A stretch of DNA of 64,000 nucleotides, taken from assembly GCA_009780915.1 (NCBI GenBank), contig WQZD01000002.1, positions 185,499 to 249,498 on the forward strand. Direction: 5' to 3'. This document shows positions 27,119 through 36,088 of this stretch, piece after piece. The DNA comes from Propionibacteriaceae bacterium (GTDB taxonomy: Bacteria; Actinomycetota; Actinomycetes; Propionibacteriales; Propionibacteriaceae). A program made the translations under genes and the position numbers. A model generated the notes under the pieces. That model saw only the letters and a list, made by a program, of their open reading frames with translations, had not been told where the DNA came from and did not search any database. Positions within the stretch are counted from its first letter, which is position 1. Each line of letters starts with the position of its first letter.

Positions 27119-28045
27119 ATGAGACTGATTTTCGCGGGGACCCCCAGCACTGCGGTACGGGTGGTCGACACGCTGGCCGAGGTCCACGACGTACGGGCCG
27201 TCCTGACACGCCCACCGGCCCCCCGAGGCCGTCATGCGCGCCTGGTCCCCTCCCCGGTGGAAGACTGGGCGCGTGAGCGCGGTATCGAGGTGCTCGCCCC
27301 GACGAGCCTGCGTGAGCCCCAGGTCGTCGACCGGATCGCCGAGATCGGCCCCGACTGCTGTCCAGTGGTCGCCTACGGCGGCTTGATCACCCAGGACTTG
27401 CTGCGGATCCCGCCACTGGGATGGATCAATCTCCATTACTCCCTGCTCCCCGCGTACCGAGGCGCGGCGCCGGTCCAGCGGGCGGTCCTCGACGGCTGCG
27501 AGCGCACGGGCGTCACCGTCTTCCGCCTGGTGCCCGCCCTCGACGCCGGACCGGTCTTCTGCCAGGAACCCGTCGACATCGACCCCGAGGCGACCTCCGG
27601 AGACCTCCTCGACCACCTCACGTCGATCGGAGCGTCCGCGATGCTGGACGCCTTGGCGATGGCGCAGGCCGGTCACGCGCCCCGCCCGCAGACCCACGAG
27701 GACGTGAGCCTGGCGCCGAAAGTGACCGTCGACGAGGCGCGGCTGGACGTCACCGCCTCCAGCCGGCAGATCGTGAATGTGGTGCGTGCCATGAGCCCCG
27801 AACCGGGCGCCTGGGCCTATGTGGGCGCGCAGAGGTTCAAGGTCCTGCGCGCTCGTGTGTGCGAGGAACCTCCCATGGCCACCGACCCGGTCATCGGTGA
27901 ACTGGTCGCCACGAAGAGGCAGGTGTGCGTCCGAACCGGCGACGGGTGGATCGAGTTGGTCCAGGTCCAAGCGATGGGGAAGAAGCCCATGTCGGGCGCC
28001 GACTGGGCGAGAGGGGCGTGGCAGAAGGGGATGTGTCTTGAGTGA
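27119..28045 (+). CDS. fmt: Methionyl-tRNA formyltransferase
   Basis: MRLIFAGTP start, and the HYSLLPAYRGAAPVQRA motif. Confidence 0.93.
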   Translation: MRLIFAGTPSTAVRVVDTLAEVHDVRAVLTRPPAPRGRHARLVPSPVEDWARERGIEVLAPTSLREPQVVDRIAEIGPDCCPVVAYGGLITQDLLRIPPLGWINLHYSLLPAYRGAAPVQRAVLDGCERTGVTVFRLVPALDAGPVFCQEPVDIDPEATSGDLLDHLTSIGASAMLDALAMAQAGHAPRPQTHEDVSLAPKVTVDEARLDVTASSRQIVNVVRAMSPEPGAWAYVGAQRFKVLRARVCEEPPMATDPVIGELVATKRQVCVRTGDGWIELVQVQAMGKKPMSGADWARGAWQKGMCLE

Positions 28046-29369
28046 GAGAGCCTCCGCCGGTCCCGCCCGTAAAGCCGCCTTGGCGGCGCTGAAACTCGTG
28101 CGGGACTCGGGCTATGCCAACCTCGCGGTCAAGACTGTCCAAGCACGGGCGGGGCTCACGCCCACAGACGCCGCCTTCGTCACGGAACTAGTCTTCGGCG
28201 TGTGCCGCCACATGGGCACGATCGACACTGTGATCGAGATGGCCGGTGGACGGCCGCTGAAGACCCTCCAACCGGCCGTCGTGGACGTCTTGAGGCTCGG
28301 CAGCGAGCAGTTGCTGAAGATGCGTGTGCCGGCCCACGCATGCGTCTCGTCGTCGGTGTCCCTGGCCCAGGACCAGATCGGTTCCCGTGTCACCGGCGTT
28401 GTCAACGCGATCTTGCGCCGGGTCGCCGCCCGTACCTGGGACGAGTGGATGGACGAGGCGACCGCGGGGCTGTCTCCCCTGGACGCCCTCGCCATGCGGA
28501 CATGCCACCCGAGATGGATCGTCGACGCCTACGCCGAGGTCCTGCCGCCAGACGAGGTGTCGGCCGCGTTGGAGGCCAACAACGTCGCCCCGACGCCGAC
28601 CCTGGTCGCGCGTCCGACCCTGATGACCCGTGAGGAGTTGCTGGAGGCAGGGGCGCAGCCCACGCAGTGGTCGCCGTGGGGAGCACGCAAGTCGGGAGAC
28701 CCGGCCGCCCTGGAGCAGGTGCGCGATGGACGGGCGGGCGTGCAAGACGAGGGCTCCCAGATCGTCGCGGAGCTGCTGGCGGGGGTGGACGCCCCTCGCG
28801 GGACCTGGCTCGACATGTGCGCTGGTCCCGGCGGGAAAGCCGCCCTCCTGACAGGGCTCGCCCTGTCTCGCGGCGAAGGACTCGTGGCGGCGGACGTCCA
28901 TCCGCACCGGGCCCGTCTCGTCCGCGAATCGCTGAGAGGGTACGAGAGCCAGCCTGTCATGGTCGCCGACGGACGGCGCCCGCCGTGGCGTCCTTCCACG
29001 TTCTCACGCATCCTACTGGACGCCCCCTGTACGGGTCTGGGCGCTCTGCGACGCCGCCCGGAGGCCCGATGGCGGAAGACGGAAGGAGACCTGGCCCAAC
29101 TGACCAGGTTGCAGTCCGAGTTGCTGTATGTGGCGGGAAAGTCCCTGGTGAGCGGGGGAGTGGTGGCCTACGTGACCTGTTCGCCCCACCACGACGAGAC
29201 CATCGCCGTCGTGAGCCAGGCGGAGCCAGACCTGGAGGTCGTCGACGTGAGATCCCTGTCGACACAGGTCCCCGATTCCTCCGCTCTTCAGGATCCGCGA
29301 TTCATGCAGTTGTGGCCGCATCGTCACACCACGGATGCCATGTTCTGCGCTCTGTTGCGCAAACGCTGA
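28038..29369 (+). CDS. rsmB: 16S rRNA (cytosine967-C5)-methyltransferase RsmB/Sun
   Basis: NusB-like N-terminal domain, then DMCAGPGGK and DAPCTGLG motifs. TTG start overlapping the fmt stop; the start is uncertain. Confidence 0.85.
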   Translation: MSERASAGPARKAALAALKLVRDSGYANLAVKTVQARAGLTPTDAAFVTELVFGVCRHMGTIDTVIEMAGGRPLKTLQPAVVDVLRLGSEQLLKMRVPAHACVSSSVSLAQDQIGSRVTGVVNAILRRVAARTWDEWMDEATAGLSPLDALAMRTCHPRWIVDAYAEVLPPDEVSAALEANNVAPTPTLVARPTLMTREELLEAGAQPTQWSPWGARKSGDPAALEQVRDGRAGVQDEGSQIVAELLAGVDAPRGTWLDMCAGPGGKAALLTGLALSRGEGLVAADVHPHRARLVRESLRGYESQPVMVADGRRPPWRPSTFSRILLDAPCTGLGALRRRPEARWRKTEGDLAQLTRLQSELLYVAGKSLVSGGVVAYVTCSPHHDETIAVVSQAEPDLEVVDVRSLSTQVPDSSALQDPRFMQLWPHRHTTDAMFCALLRKR

Positions 29370-29420
29370 CGTGCCTGGACGGGCGTGGACGGGCCGCTCC
29401 CGGACCGCTCGTGGCGCGGG

Positions 29421-29906
29421 TCATCTGCGCTGGTCCATGCGGGGCTGCCACCAGTGGTCGTCCTCCTCTTGCCAATGCTCAGCGGTCCAGTCGTCACACG
29501 GATAGGGGTCCGGAAGCACAGCGGGCAGATGCGGCATGTCCCGCCACCACACCCTCGTCCAGGGGCCGGGCAGTCGCGCGGGGTCGGGACTCGCACGGGT
29601 CACGGCGAGAAGACCCAGCAGGGTCGCGACGCGATCATGATCGTCGACGATGTACCAGATCCGGTACGGGTGCCGCGCCAAGGCGGTGACCCTCAGCGCG
29701 TCGTGATGGAAGCGACCCAAGTGCGGCAGCACGGAGATCCTCTCCATGGCGGCGTCGACGTCACGCGCGAAAGAGACGACGTGGCGTCTGCCATGGCCGT
29801 GGCAGTGCGTCAAGGCGGCCTCAAGGTCGTCGGCGGTCTCCAGGGTCAGGCGGATTTGGTACGGGTCGTCGGGCGCGAGGTGATGTACGCGCGGACTCTT
29901 TCCCAT
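29421..29906 (-). CDS. parE: ParE/RelE-family toxin with an atypical Trp-rich C-terminal extension of about 55 aa
   Basis: The core is YQIRLTLETADDLEAAL...MERISVLPHLGR...YRIWYIVDDHDRVATLLGLL. It then continues ...PGPWTRVWWRDMP...DDWTAEHWQEEDDHWWQPRMDQRR. Confidence 0.65.
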   Translation of the reverse strand: MGKSPRVHHLAPDDPYQIRLTLETADDLEAALTHCHGHGRRHVVSFARDVDAAMERISVLPHLGRFHHDALRVTALARHPYRIWYIVDDHDRVATLLGLLAVTRASPDPARLPGPWTRVWWRDMPHLPAVLPDPYPCDDWTAEHWQEEDDHWWQPRMDQRR

Positions 29907-30064
29907 TGGATGCACTCGGTCCCTTCCTCTCGCAGCGCGGCGAGACGGGCGTCGATCAGCACGGTCTCATCGGCTGAGATGAGATCGTCGTCACTTTCGA
30001 GGGCTCCCCACAAGTCGTCGATGGCAGGCATGCGGCCCGGTGTCGCTTCGTCCATGTCGCTCAT
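29846..30064 (-). CDS. Addiction-module antitoxin (Unstab_antitox-like)
   Basis: 72 aa with the pattern DDLWGALESDDDLISADETVLIDARLAALREEGTECIQWERV. It lies upstream of, and overlaps, the ParE-like gene. Confidence 0.6.
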   Translation of the reverse strand: MSDMDEATPGRMPAIDDLWGALESDDDLISADETVLIDARLAALREEGTECIQWERVRAYITSRPTTRTKSA

Positions 30065-30125
30065 GCCCGATCATAACACGACCATTGCACAAGAGGTGGT
30101 CATGCTCTCAGAGTGGACATCCCGA

Positions 30126-31169
30126 TCAGGAGATGGCGGCCACCACCGCTCGGCCGATCTGGTCCGTCGACCTGCTCCCGCCCGGGTTGGCGGCGATGTC
30201 GACCTCCACGGCATGACGGACACGGGCGGCGTCCTCTCGATGCCCGAGATGGTCGAGCATCATGGCGCCGGACAAGATGGCGGCCCGCGGATCTGCCAGC
30301 CCCTTGCCGGCGATGTCGGGCGCGGACCCATGGACCGGCTCGAACATCGAGGGGTAGGTCCCCGACACATTGAGGTTGGCGCTGGCGGCCAGGCCGATCC
30401 CGCCGGTGATCGCGGCCGCTTCGTCGGTGAGGATGTCGCCGAAGAGGTTGTCGGTGACGATCACGTCGAACCGGTCGGGGTTGGTGACCAGGGCGATGGT
30501 GGCCGCGTCCACATGCAGATAGTCGGAGGTCACGTCGGGGAACTCCTCGCCCACGGCGGCGACGATCCGGCGCCACAGGCCGCCGGCGTTGACTAAGACG
30601 TTGTGCTTGTGCACGAGGGTGAGGCGTCGGCGGCGTGTCGCCGCCAAGGAGAAGGCGTACCGGACCACTCGCTCGACTCCGTACGCGGTGTTGACGCTGA
30701 CCTCGGTGGCGATCTCCGCGTCGGTGCCTGGGCGCACGACCCCGCCGTTTCCGCAGTACAGGCCCTCGGTGCCTTCCCGCACGACCACGAAATCGACGGT
30801 CTTGCCGCTCACGACGGCGTCGGACAGGGGAGTGGGAACCCCCGGGTAGAGCGTGGAGGGGCGCAGGTTGACGGCGTGGTCGAAGGCGAACCTGAGTTTC
30901 AGGAGCAATCCCCGTTCGAGAAGGCCGGAGGGGATCGTGGTCGATCCGGGCGCGGCGCCGACGGCGCCCAGCAGGATGGCGTCCGCCTGGGCGAGACGGG
31001 ACAGCGTGTCGTCGTTCAGGACCTCGCCCGTGGCCTGCCAGTGGTCGGCGCCGAGGTCGAAGGTCTCGTACTCCAGGCCAGGGTGGACATGGTCCAGGAC
31101 CAACCGGGTCTGTGCCACGACTTCGGGTCCGATGCCATCGCCGGGGATGACTGCGATCTTTTCACTCAC
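30126..31169 (-). CDS. leuB: 3-isopropylmalate dehydrogenase
   Basis: GTG start giving [17 protein letters not shown], and the [20 protein letters not shown] motif. Confidence 0.93.
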   Translation of the reverse strand: MSEKIAVIPGDGIGPEVVAQTRLVLDHVHPGLEYETFDLGADHWQATGEVLNDDTLSRLAQADAILLGAVGAAPGSTTIPSGLLERGLLLKLRFAFDHAVNLRPSTLYPGVPTPLSDAVVSGKTVDFVVVREGTEGLYCGNGGVVRPGTDAEIATEVSVNTAYGVERVVRYAFSLAATRRRRLTLVHKHNVLVNAGGLWRRIVAAVGEEFPDVTSDYLHVDAATIALVTNPDRFDVIVTDNLFGDILTDEAAAITGGIGLAASANLNVSGTYPSMFEPVHGSAPDIAGKGLADPRAAILSGAMMLDHLGHREDAARVRHAVEVDIAANPGGSRSTDQIGRAVVAAIS

Positions 31170-31309
31170 GGTCCACCAGCATAGGCGCTGGCGTGGCAGA
31201 ACCCTGGCTGCGCCTGCGTGTCGAGACGGCCCGCCTCCGACACTCAGGGGGGTTTCCTCGCGTGGTGGACACGGGAGTCCCATGTGGCTATCTGGGGTAC
31301 GCTGATCGC

Positions 31310-32407
31310 ATGTCGCTACCCTTCGAGCTCCTTCCTGACACCCGCCGTACCGCCCCCGAGCAACGGGCCCAGATGATGCGCGACCCTGGATTCGTGAAGC
31401 ACTTCTCGGATCACATGGCTGTCGCCACCTGGACCGCCGACCAAGGGTGGCACGACTCGAGAATCGAGAACTACGGGCCGTTGGGGATCATGCCCGGAAC
31501 GGCCGTCCTCCACTACGGACAGGAGATCTTCGAGGGGTTGAAGGTCTACCAGCACGCGGATCGCAGCACATGGCTCTTCCGTCCCGAGATGAACGCGGCA
31601 CGGATGATGGCGTCCGCCGAGCGGATGGACCTTCCCCAACTGCCCGTCGAGGACTTCCTCACCTCGGTGCGCAATCTGGCCCGAGTCGACAGGGAATGGG
31701 TGCCGTTCGGGGAAGAGATGAGCTACTACATGCGCCCCTTCATGTTCGCCGACGAGGTGTTCCTGGGTGTGCATTCCGCCGCCCGGGCGACGTACGCCGT
31801 CATCGGGGGCCCGGCGGCGCCGTACCTGTCCGACGGGATGACGCCGGTGGACATCTGGGTGACGACCACCTACTCCCGTGCGGGGGAGGGCGGCACGGGG
31901 GCCGCGAAGTGCGGGGGGAACTACGCCTCCGCGCTGGTGGCCCAGCACGAGGGCGCCCGCAACGGCTGCTCCCAGGTCCTGTTCACCGACGCCGCCACCC
32001 ACCAATGGGTGGAAGAGCTGGGCGGGATGAACTTCTTCGCCGTGACGTCGGACGGGGTGCTGCTGACTCCTCCCACGTCGGGCAGCATCCTCGCGGGGAT
32101 CACACGAGATTCCATCCTCGCCCTGGCGCCGACCCTCGGGCTGACTCCCCAGGTGCGCCCCATCTCCTTGTCGGAGTTGTTCGCGGGCATCGTCGAGGGC
32201 GACATCTGCGAGGCCTTCGCCTGCGGCACGGCGGCGGTGGTGACCCCCATCGGCCGACTCGTGCACAAGCAGGACCAGGAGGTCGAGGTGATCCCGTTGA
32301 CCTCGGCCGTGGGAGACGCCACACGGGCCATCCGCACCTCGCTCGTGGACATCCAGATGGGACGAGCCGAGGATCGCTTCGGATGGATGCACAAGGTGGA
32401 GGGATGA
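31310..32407 (+). CDS. ilvE: Branched-chain amino acid aminotransferase
   Basis: 365 aa. [13 protein letters not shown], and a [13 protein letters not shown] region carrying the PLP lysine. Confidence 0.93.
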   Translation: MSLPFELLPDTRRTAPEQRAQMMRDPGFVKHFSDHMAVATWTADQGWHDSRIENYGPLGIMPGTAVLHYGQEIFEGLKVYQHADRSTWLFRPEMNAARMMASAERMDLPQLPVEDFLTSVRNLARVDREWVPFGEEMSYYMRPFMFADEVFLGVHSAARATYAVIGGPAAPYLSDGMTPVDIWVTTTYSRAGEGGTGAAKCGGNYASALVAQHEGARNGCSQVLFTDAATHQWVEELGGMNFFAVTSDGVLLTPPTSGSILAGITRDSILALAPTLGLTPQVRPISLSELFAGIVEGDICEAFACGTAAVVTPIGRLVHKQDQEVEVIPLTSAVGDATRAIRTSLVDIQMGRAEDRFGWMHKVEG

Positions 32408-33993
32408 CGATGACGCCATTCACGAGGCTGAGCAGCCCCACCCCTTTCCACGTGTACGACACGACGCTCCGCGACGGCGCACAGCAAGAAGGAATGCATC
32501 TCAGTGTGTACGACAAACTGAAGATCGCCACCGTGCTCGACGAGCTGGGGGTGAGCTTCATCGAGGGGGGATGGCCTGGCGCCAGTCCGGCTGACACCGA
32601 GTTCTTCGCGGCGGCCTCGCGGGAACTGAGTCTGAAGAACTCCACTCTGGTCGCCTTCGGCGCGACGAGGCGCGTGGGCATGACCGCCGCCACGGATCCC
32701 CTGACCCAGGCGCTCCTCGACGCCGACACGGAGGTGGTGTGTCTGGTGGCGAAGTCCCACGACAGGCACGTCACCGACGCCTTGAAGACGACCATGGAAG
32801 AGAACCTGGCCATGATCACGGACACCGTCACGTACCTGCGTGCCCACGGGCGTCGTGTGTTCGTGGATTGCGAGCACTTCTTCAACGGCTACCTCGACAA
32901 CCCGACGTACGCCAAACTGGTCGTCGTGACCGCCGCCGAGGCGGGGGCCGAGGTCGCCGTCCTGTGCGACACGAACGGGGGGATGCTGCCCGGGAAGGTG
33001 ACGCAGATCGTCTCGGATGTCGTCCGGCTCGGAGTGCCGTTGGGCATCCACTGCCACAACGACACAGGGTGCGCGGTGGCGAACACCATCGCCGGCGTCG
33101 ACGCCGGGGTCATGCACGTCCAAGGGACCATCAACGGGTACGGGGAACGTACCGGCAACGCGGACCTGACCACCGTGATCGCCAATCTGAAGCTGAAATA
33201 CGGGTGGGACGTCGTCACCGACGCGGCCCTGGGCGAGTTGACCCGCATCTCGCACGCCGTCGCCGAGATCGCCGATCAGACGCCCGCACCCCGCCAGCCC
33301 TACGTGGGGGTGTCCAGTTTCGCCCACAAAGCCGGCCTGCACGCGTCCGCCATCAAGGTCGACGCCAACCTGTACCAGCACATCGATCCCGAACTGGTCG
33401 GCAACGGCATGCGGATGCTCATTTCGGACATGGCCGGCAGGGCCAACGTCCAGATCAAGGCCGAGCAGTTGGGCCACGACCTCTCCGATCCGTCATCGGC
33501 GTCCCGTCTCGCCGACAGGATCAAGGATCGGGAAGCGGCTGGGTACTCCTATGAGGCCGCTGACGCGTCCTTCGACCTGCTCGTGCGCGCCGAACTCGGG
33601 CGACTGCCCGAACCCTTCCGGGTCGAGTCCTGGCGGGTGTTCACCGACCAAGAGGAGGCGAGTCAGGCGGTGGTCCGGGTCGGATTCCCCGGCGAGGACG
33701 CCAAGCCGCACGTGGGGGAGGGCAACGGCCCCGTCAACGCCCTCGACCAAGCGCTTCGCGAGGCGCTGATCCCGCACTTCCCGCGTCTGGCCCAGGCCGA
33801 GCTCACCGACTACCGGGTCCGTCTGCTCGCTGACGGGCATGGCACGGACGCCACCACGCGCGTCCTGATCGACACACGGATGGGGACGTCGACGTGGACG
33901 ACGGTCGGAGTCGGCGACAACGTCGTCGAGGCGTCGTGGGAGGCCCTGGTCGAGGCGTACACCTATGCCGTGGCCGTCGTGTCCCCGGCGTGA
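32404..33993 (+). CDS. cimA: Citramalate synthase / LeuA-family alpha-keto acid condensing enzyme
   Basis: HVYDTTLRDGAQQEG motif and HCHNDTGCAVANT. About 529 aa with a C-terminal LeuA-dimer regulatory domain. ATGA overlap with ilvE. Confidence 0.85.
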   Translation: MTMTPFTRLSSPTPFHVYDTTLRDGAQQEGMHLSVYDKLKIATVLDELGVSFIEGGWPGASPADTEFFAAASRELSLKNSTLVAFGATRRVGMTAATDPLTQALLDADTEVVCLVAKSHDRHVTDALKTTMEENLAMITDTVTYLRAHGRRVFVDCEHFFNGYLDNPTYAKLVVVTAAEAGAEVAVLCDTNGGMLPGKVTQIVSDVVRLGVPLGIHCHNDTGCAVANTIAGVDAGVMHVQGTINGYGERTGNADLTTVIANLKLKYGWDVVTDAALGELTRISHAVAEIADQTPAPRQPYVGVSSFAHKAGLHASAIKVDANLYQHIDPELVGNGMRMLISDMAGRANVQIKAEQLGHDLSDPSSASRLADRIKDREAAGYSYEAADASFDLLVRAELGRLPEPFRVESWRVFTDQEEASQAVVRVGFPGEDAKPHVGEGNGPVNALDQALREALIPHFPRLAQAELTDYRVRLLADGHGTDATTRVLIDTRMGTSTWTTVGVGDNVVEASWEALVEAYTYAVAVVSPA

Positions 33994-34077
33994 GACCGCC
34001 GCGTCCCTGACACAGAGAAACAGGGATTCACGCTCGGCGTGCCGAGTGAGGGCTTGACGCCGTATTAGGCTTGTCCC

Positions 34078-34878
34078 ATGAGAATTGCGCGGTATTCAGT
34101 GGATGATGCGATCCGCTATGGTGTGGTCGAGTTGGAGAGCGACGGATCGGGGAATCCCGATTGCGTCCTCGAGTTGGCGGGAGATCCTTTCTCCGGGCCG
34201 GTCAAAGCGTCGGGGGTGCGCCGGGCTCTGGACGAGGTACGTCTCCTCGCGCCCGTGCTGCCCCGCTCCAAGGTGATCGGCATCACGGGCAACTGTGTGC
34301 CCGGGAAGGACGTCCCCGACGCTCCCACGGGCTATCCCGGGGTCTTCCTGAAACCCAACACCGGCGTGATCGGTCCGGGTGAGGCCATCCAGATCCCGTC
34401 CATCAGCTCCGACACGGCCCTCGAGGCCGAACTGGCCGTGGTCATCGGACGGATATGCCGGTCCGTGCCCGTCGAGCGGGTGCCTGAGGTCGTTTTCGGG
34501 TACACCGCGGCCAACGACGTGACCGCCCGGGACTTGATGGTCGACGGAGTGCCCTGGGGGATGGCCAAGTGCTGGGACACCTTCACGCCACTGGGTCCAT
34601 GGATCGTCACCCACTTGAGCCTGGAGGAGGCCTCCGCCCTCACGGTGGTCGGGGAGGTCGACGAGGCCGCCGTCACCACCGGCTCGACGAAGGGCTTCAT
34701 CCGCGGGATCGCCGACCTGGTGAGCCTCGTCTCGTCCATGATGACTCTCCTGCCCGGGGACGTGATCCTGACGGGCGCTCCCGGCGGCGCCGCGCCCATC
34801 CAGGCCGGACGCTCCGTGTCCATCGACATCGACGAGATCGGCGTGCTGACCAACCCTGTGATCGGCGACGTCGGATGA
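34078..34878 (+). CDS. Fumarylacetoacetate hydrolase family protein
   Basis: 266 aa. FAH-fold motifs (EAELAVVIG, ANDVTARD, TGAPGG). Confidence 0.88.
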   Translation: MRIARYSVDDAIRYGVVELESDGSGNPDCVLELAGDPFSGPVKASGVRRALDEVRLLAPVLPRSKVIGITGNCVPGKDVPDAPTGYPGVFLKPNTGVIGPGEAIQIPSISSDTALEAELAVVIGRICRSVPVERVPEVVFGYTAANDVTARDLMVDGVPWGMAKCWDTFTPLGPWIVTHLSLEEASALTVVGEVDEAAVTTGSTKGFIRGIADLVSLVSSMMTLLPGDVILTGAPGGAAPIQAGRSVSIDIDEIGVLTNPVIGDVG

Positions 34879-35888
34879 GTGGGACGGGGAGGGACGGGTC
34901 CGGGGCTCGGCCTCGCGCGACGCCGAAGCCTGCGGTTCGCCCCCCGGTCGGCCGCACAGGCCCGGCGACGGGCGGCTGGACGCGCCCTGCCCCAGGGTCC
35001 ACCTATCCGTTGGGAGGGTTCTTCTCCGGCGCCGACTCGTCCGCGTCCACACGGCTGATGAGCGGGCTGGTGGTGGTCCTCGTGCTGGCCGCGTACATGG
35101 TGGTCGTTCCGGCGATCAACACGGGCGTGATCTCCTTCGGGCACCTGCTCGACTCGTCGGGTCAGGACTGGGCGACGTACAGCGCCGACGCGAGCGCGTT
35201 CGGCAACATCTGGGGGGTGGTGGCCGCCCATCTGGGGCTGGCGTCCATGGTCCTCGTCGTCTGGGGCTTCTACCGGTTCTTCCATAATCGTCGGCTGGAG
35301 TGGCTGTGGTCCGTCTCGCCGGGCGTGCGGTGGAGGTACGCGATCATCTGCCTGGCGGCGTCCGCCATCGTGATGGGGGCTGTGACCGCGTACCACTGGG
35401 TGACGGGTCCCGGCTGGGCGCCCATGCCCGGCTGGGGCTGGTACGCCCTGGTGATCGTGGCGACCACGCCGTTCCAGGCGCTCGCCGAGGAGGTGCTCTT
35501 CCGGGGGTACATGATGCAGGCCCTCGGAACGATGGTGCGCAACCCGTGGTTCCCGATCGTGGTGACCGCTGTGGTCTTCGCGCTCTTCCACGGGGTTCAG
35601 AACCCGTGGCTGTTCTCGTCCCGCCTCGTCTTCGGCGTCCTCGCGGGGATCTTGGTGTGGAGGACGGGTGGTCTGGAGGCGGCTGTCGCCATCCACGTGG
35701 TCAACAACCTGTGCGCGTTCGGCCTGGCGATCCTCACGGGGACCCTGTCGCAGGTGCGCGTCACGACATCCGTCGGGTGGGCGCAGTCCGTGTCCGACGT
35801 GGTCATGTTCGCCGTGTGCGCCCTCGCGTGTTGGGGCGTGGCCCGAGGCTTGAGGGTGCCCATGCGAGCACCCGAACAGACGCGGTGA
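34875..35888 (+). CDS. CPBP-family intramembrane glutamic endopeptidase (CAAX protease/Abi)
   Basis: The motifs EEVLFRGY, FALFHG and HVVNN lie in a polytopic membrane protein. ATGA overlap with the upstream gene. Confidence 0.8.
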   Translation: MSGTGRDGSGARPRATPKPAVRPPVGRTGPATGGWTRPAPGSTYPLGGFFSGADSSASTRLMSGLVVVLVLAAYMVVVPAINTGVISFGHLLDSSGQDWATYSADASAFGNIWGVVAAHLGLASMVLVVWGFYRFFHNRRLEWLWSVSPGVRWRYAIICLAASAIVMGAVTAYHWVTGPGWAPMPGWGWYALVIVATTPFQALAEEVLFRGYMMQALGTMVRNPWFPIVVTAVVFALFHGVQNPWLFSSRLVFGVLAGILVWRTGGLEAAVAIHVVNNLCAFGLAILTGTLSQVRVTTSVGWAQSVSDVVMFAVCALACWGVARGLRVPMRAPEQTR

Positions 35889-35999
35889 CCCGACGGCGAC
35901 GACGTCGCTTCGTCGGGTGTGCCCGCCGTGTGGAGCGTCGTCCCCCGGCCCATTGACAGGCGGAAGTTTCCTAGATAGCATCAAGGCATCACCCATCTG

Positions 36000-36036
36000 A
36001 CAACGTTGTAGAAATAGCATGGATTGAAACGTTTCA
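36000..36036. promoter_or_regulatory. Two LacI/GalR-type palindromic operator candidates
   Basis: ACAACGTTGT at 36000-36009 and TGAAACGTTTCA at 36025-36036. Both are perfect CG-centred palindromes, 50-90 nt upstream of the large glycosidase-like gene. Confidence 0.45.
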
Positions 36037-36088
36037 GATGGTGGATGTGCCCGGCGGAGTAGCCGGGAAGAGGTCTATCACAGGAGAT

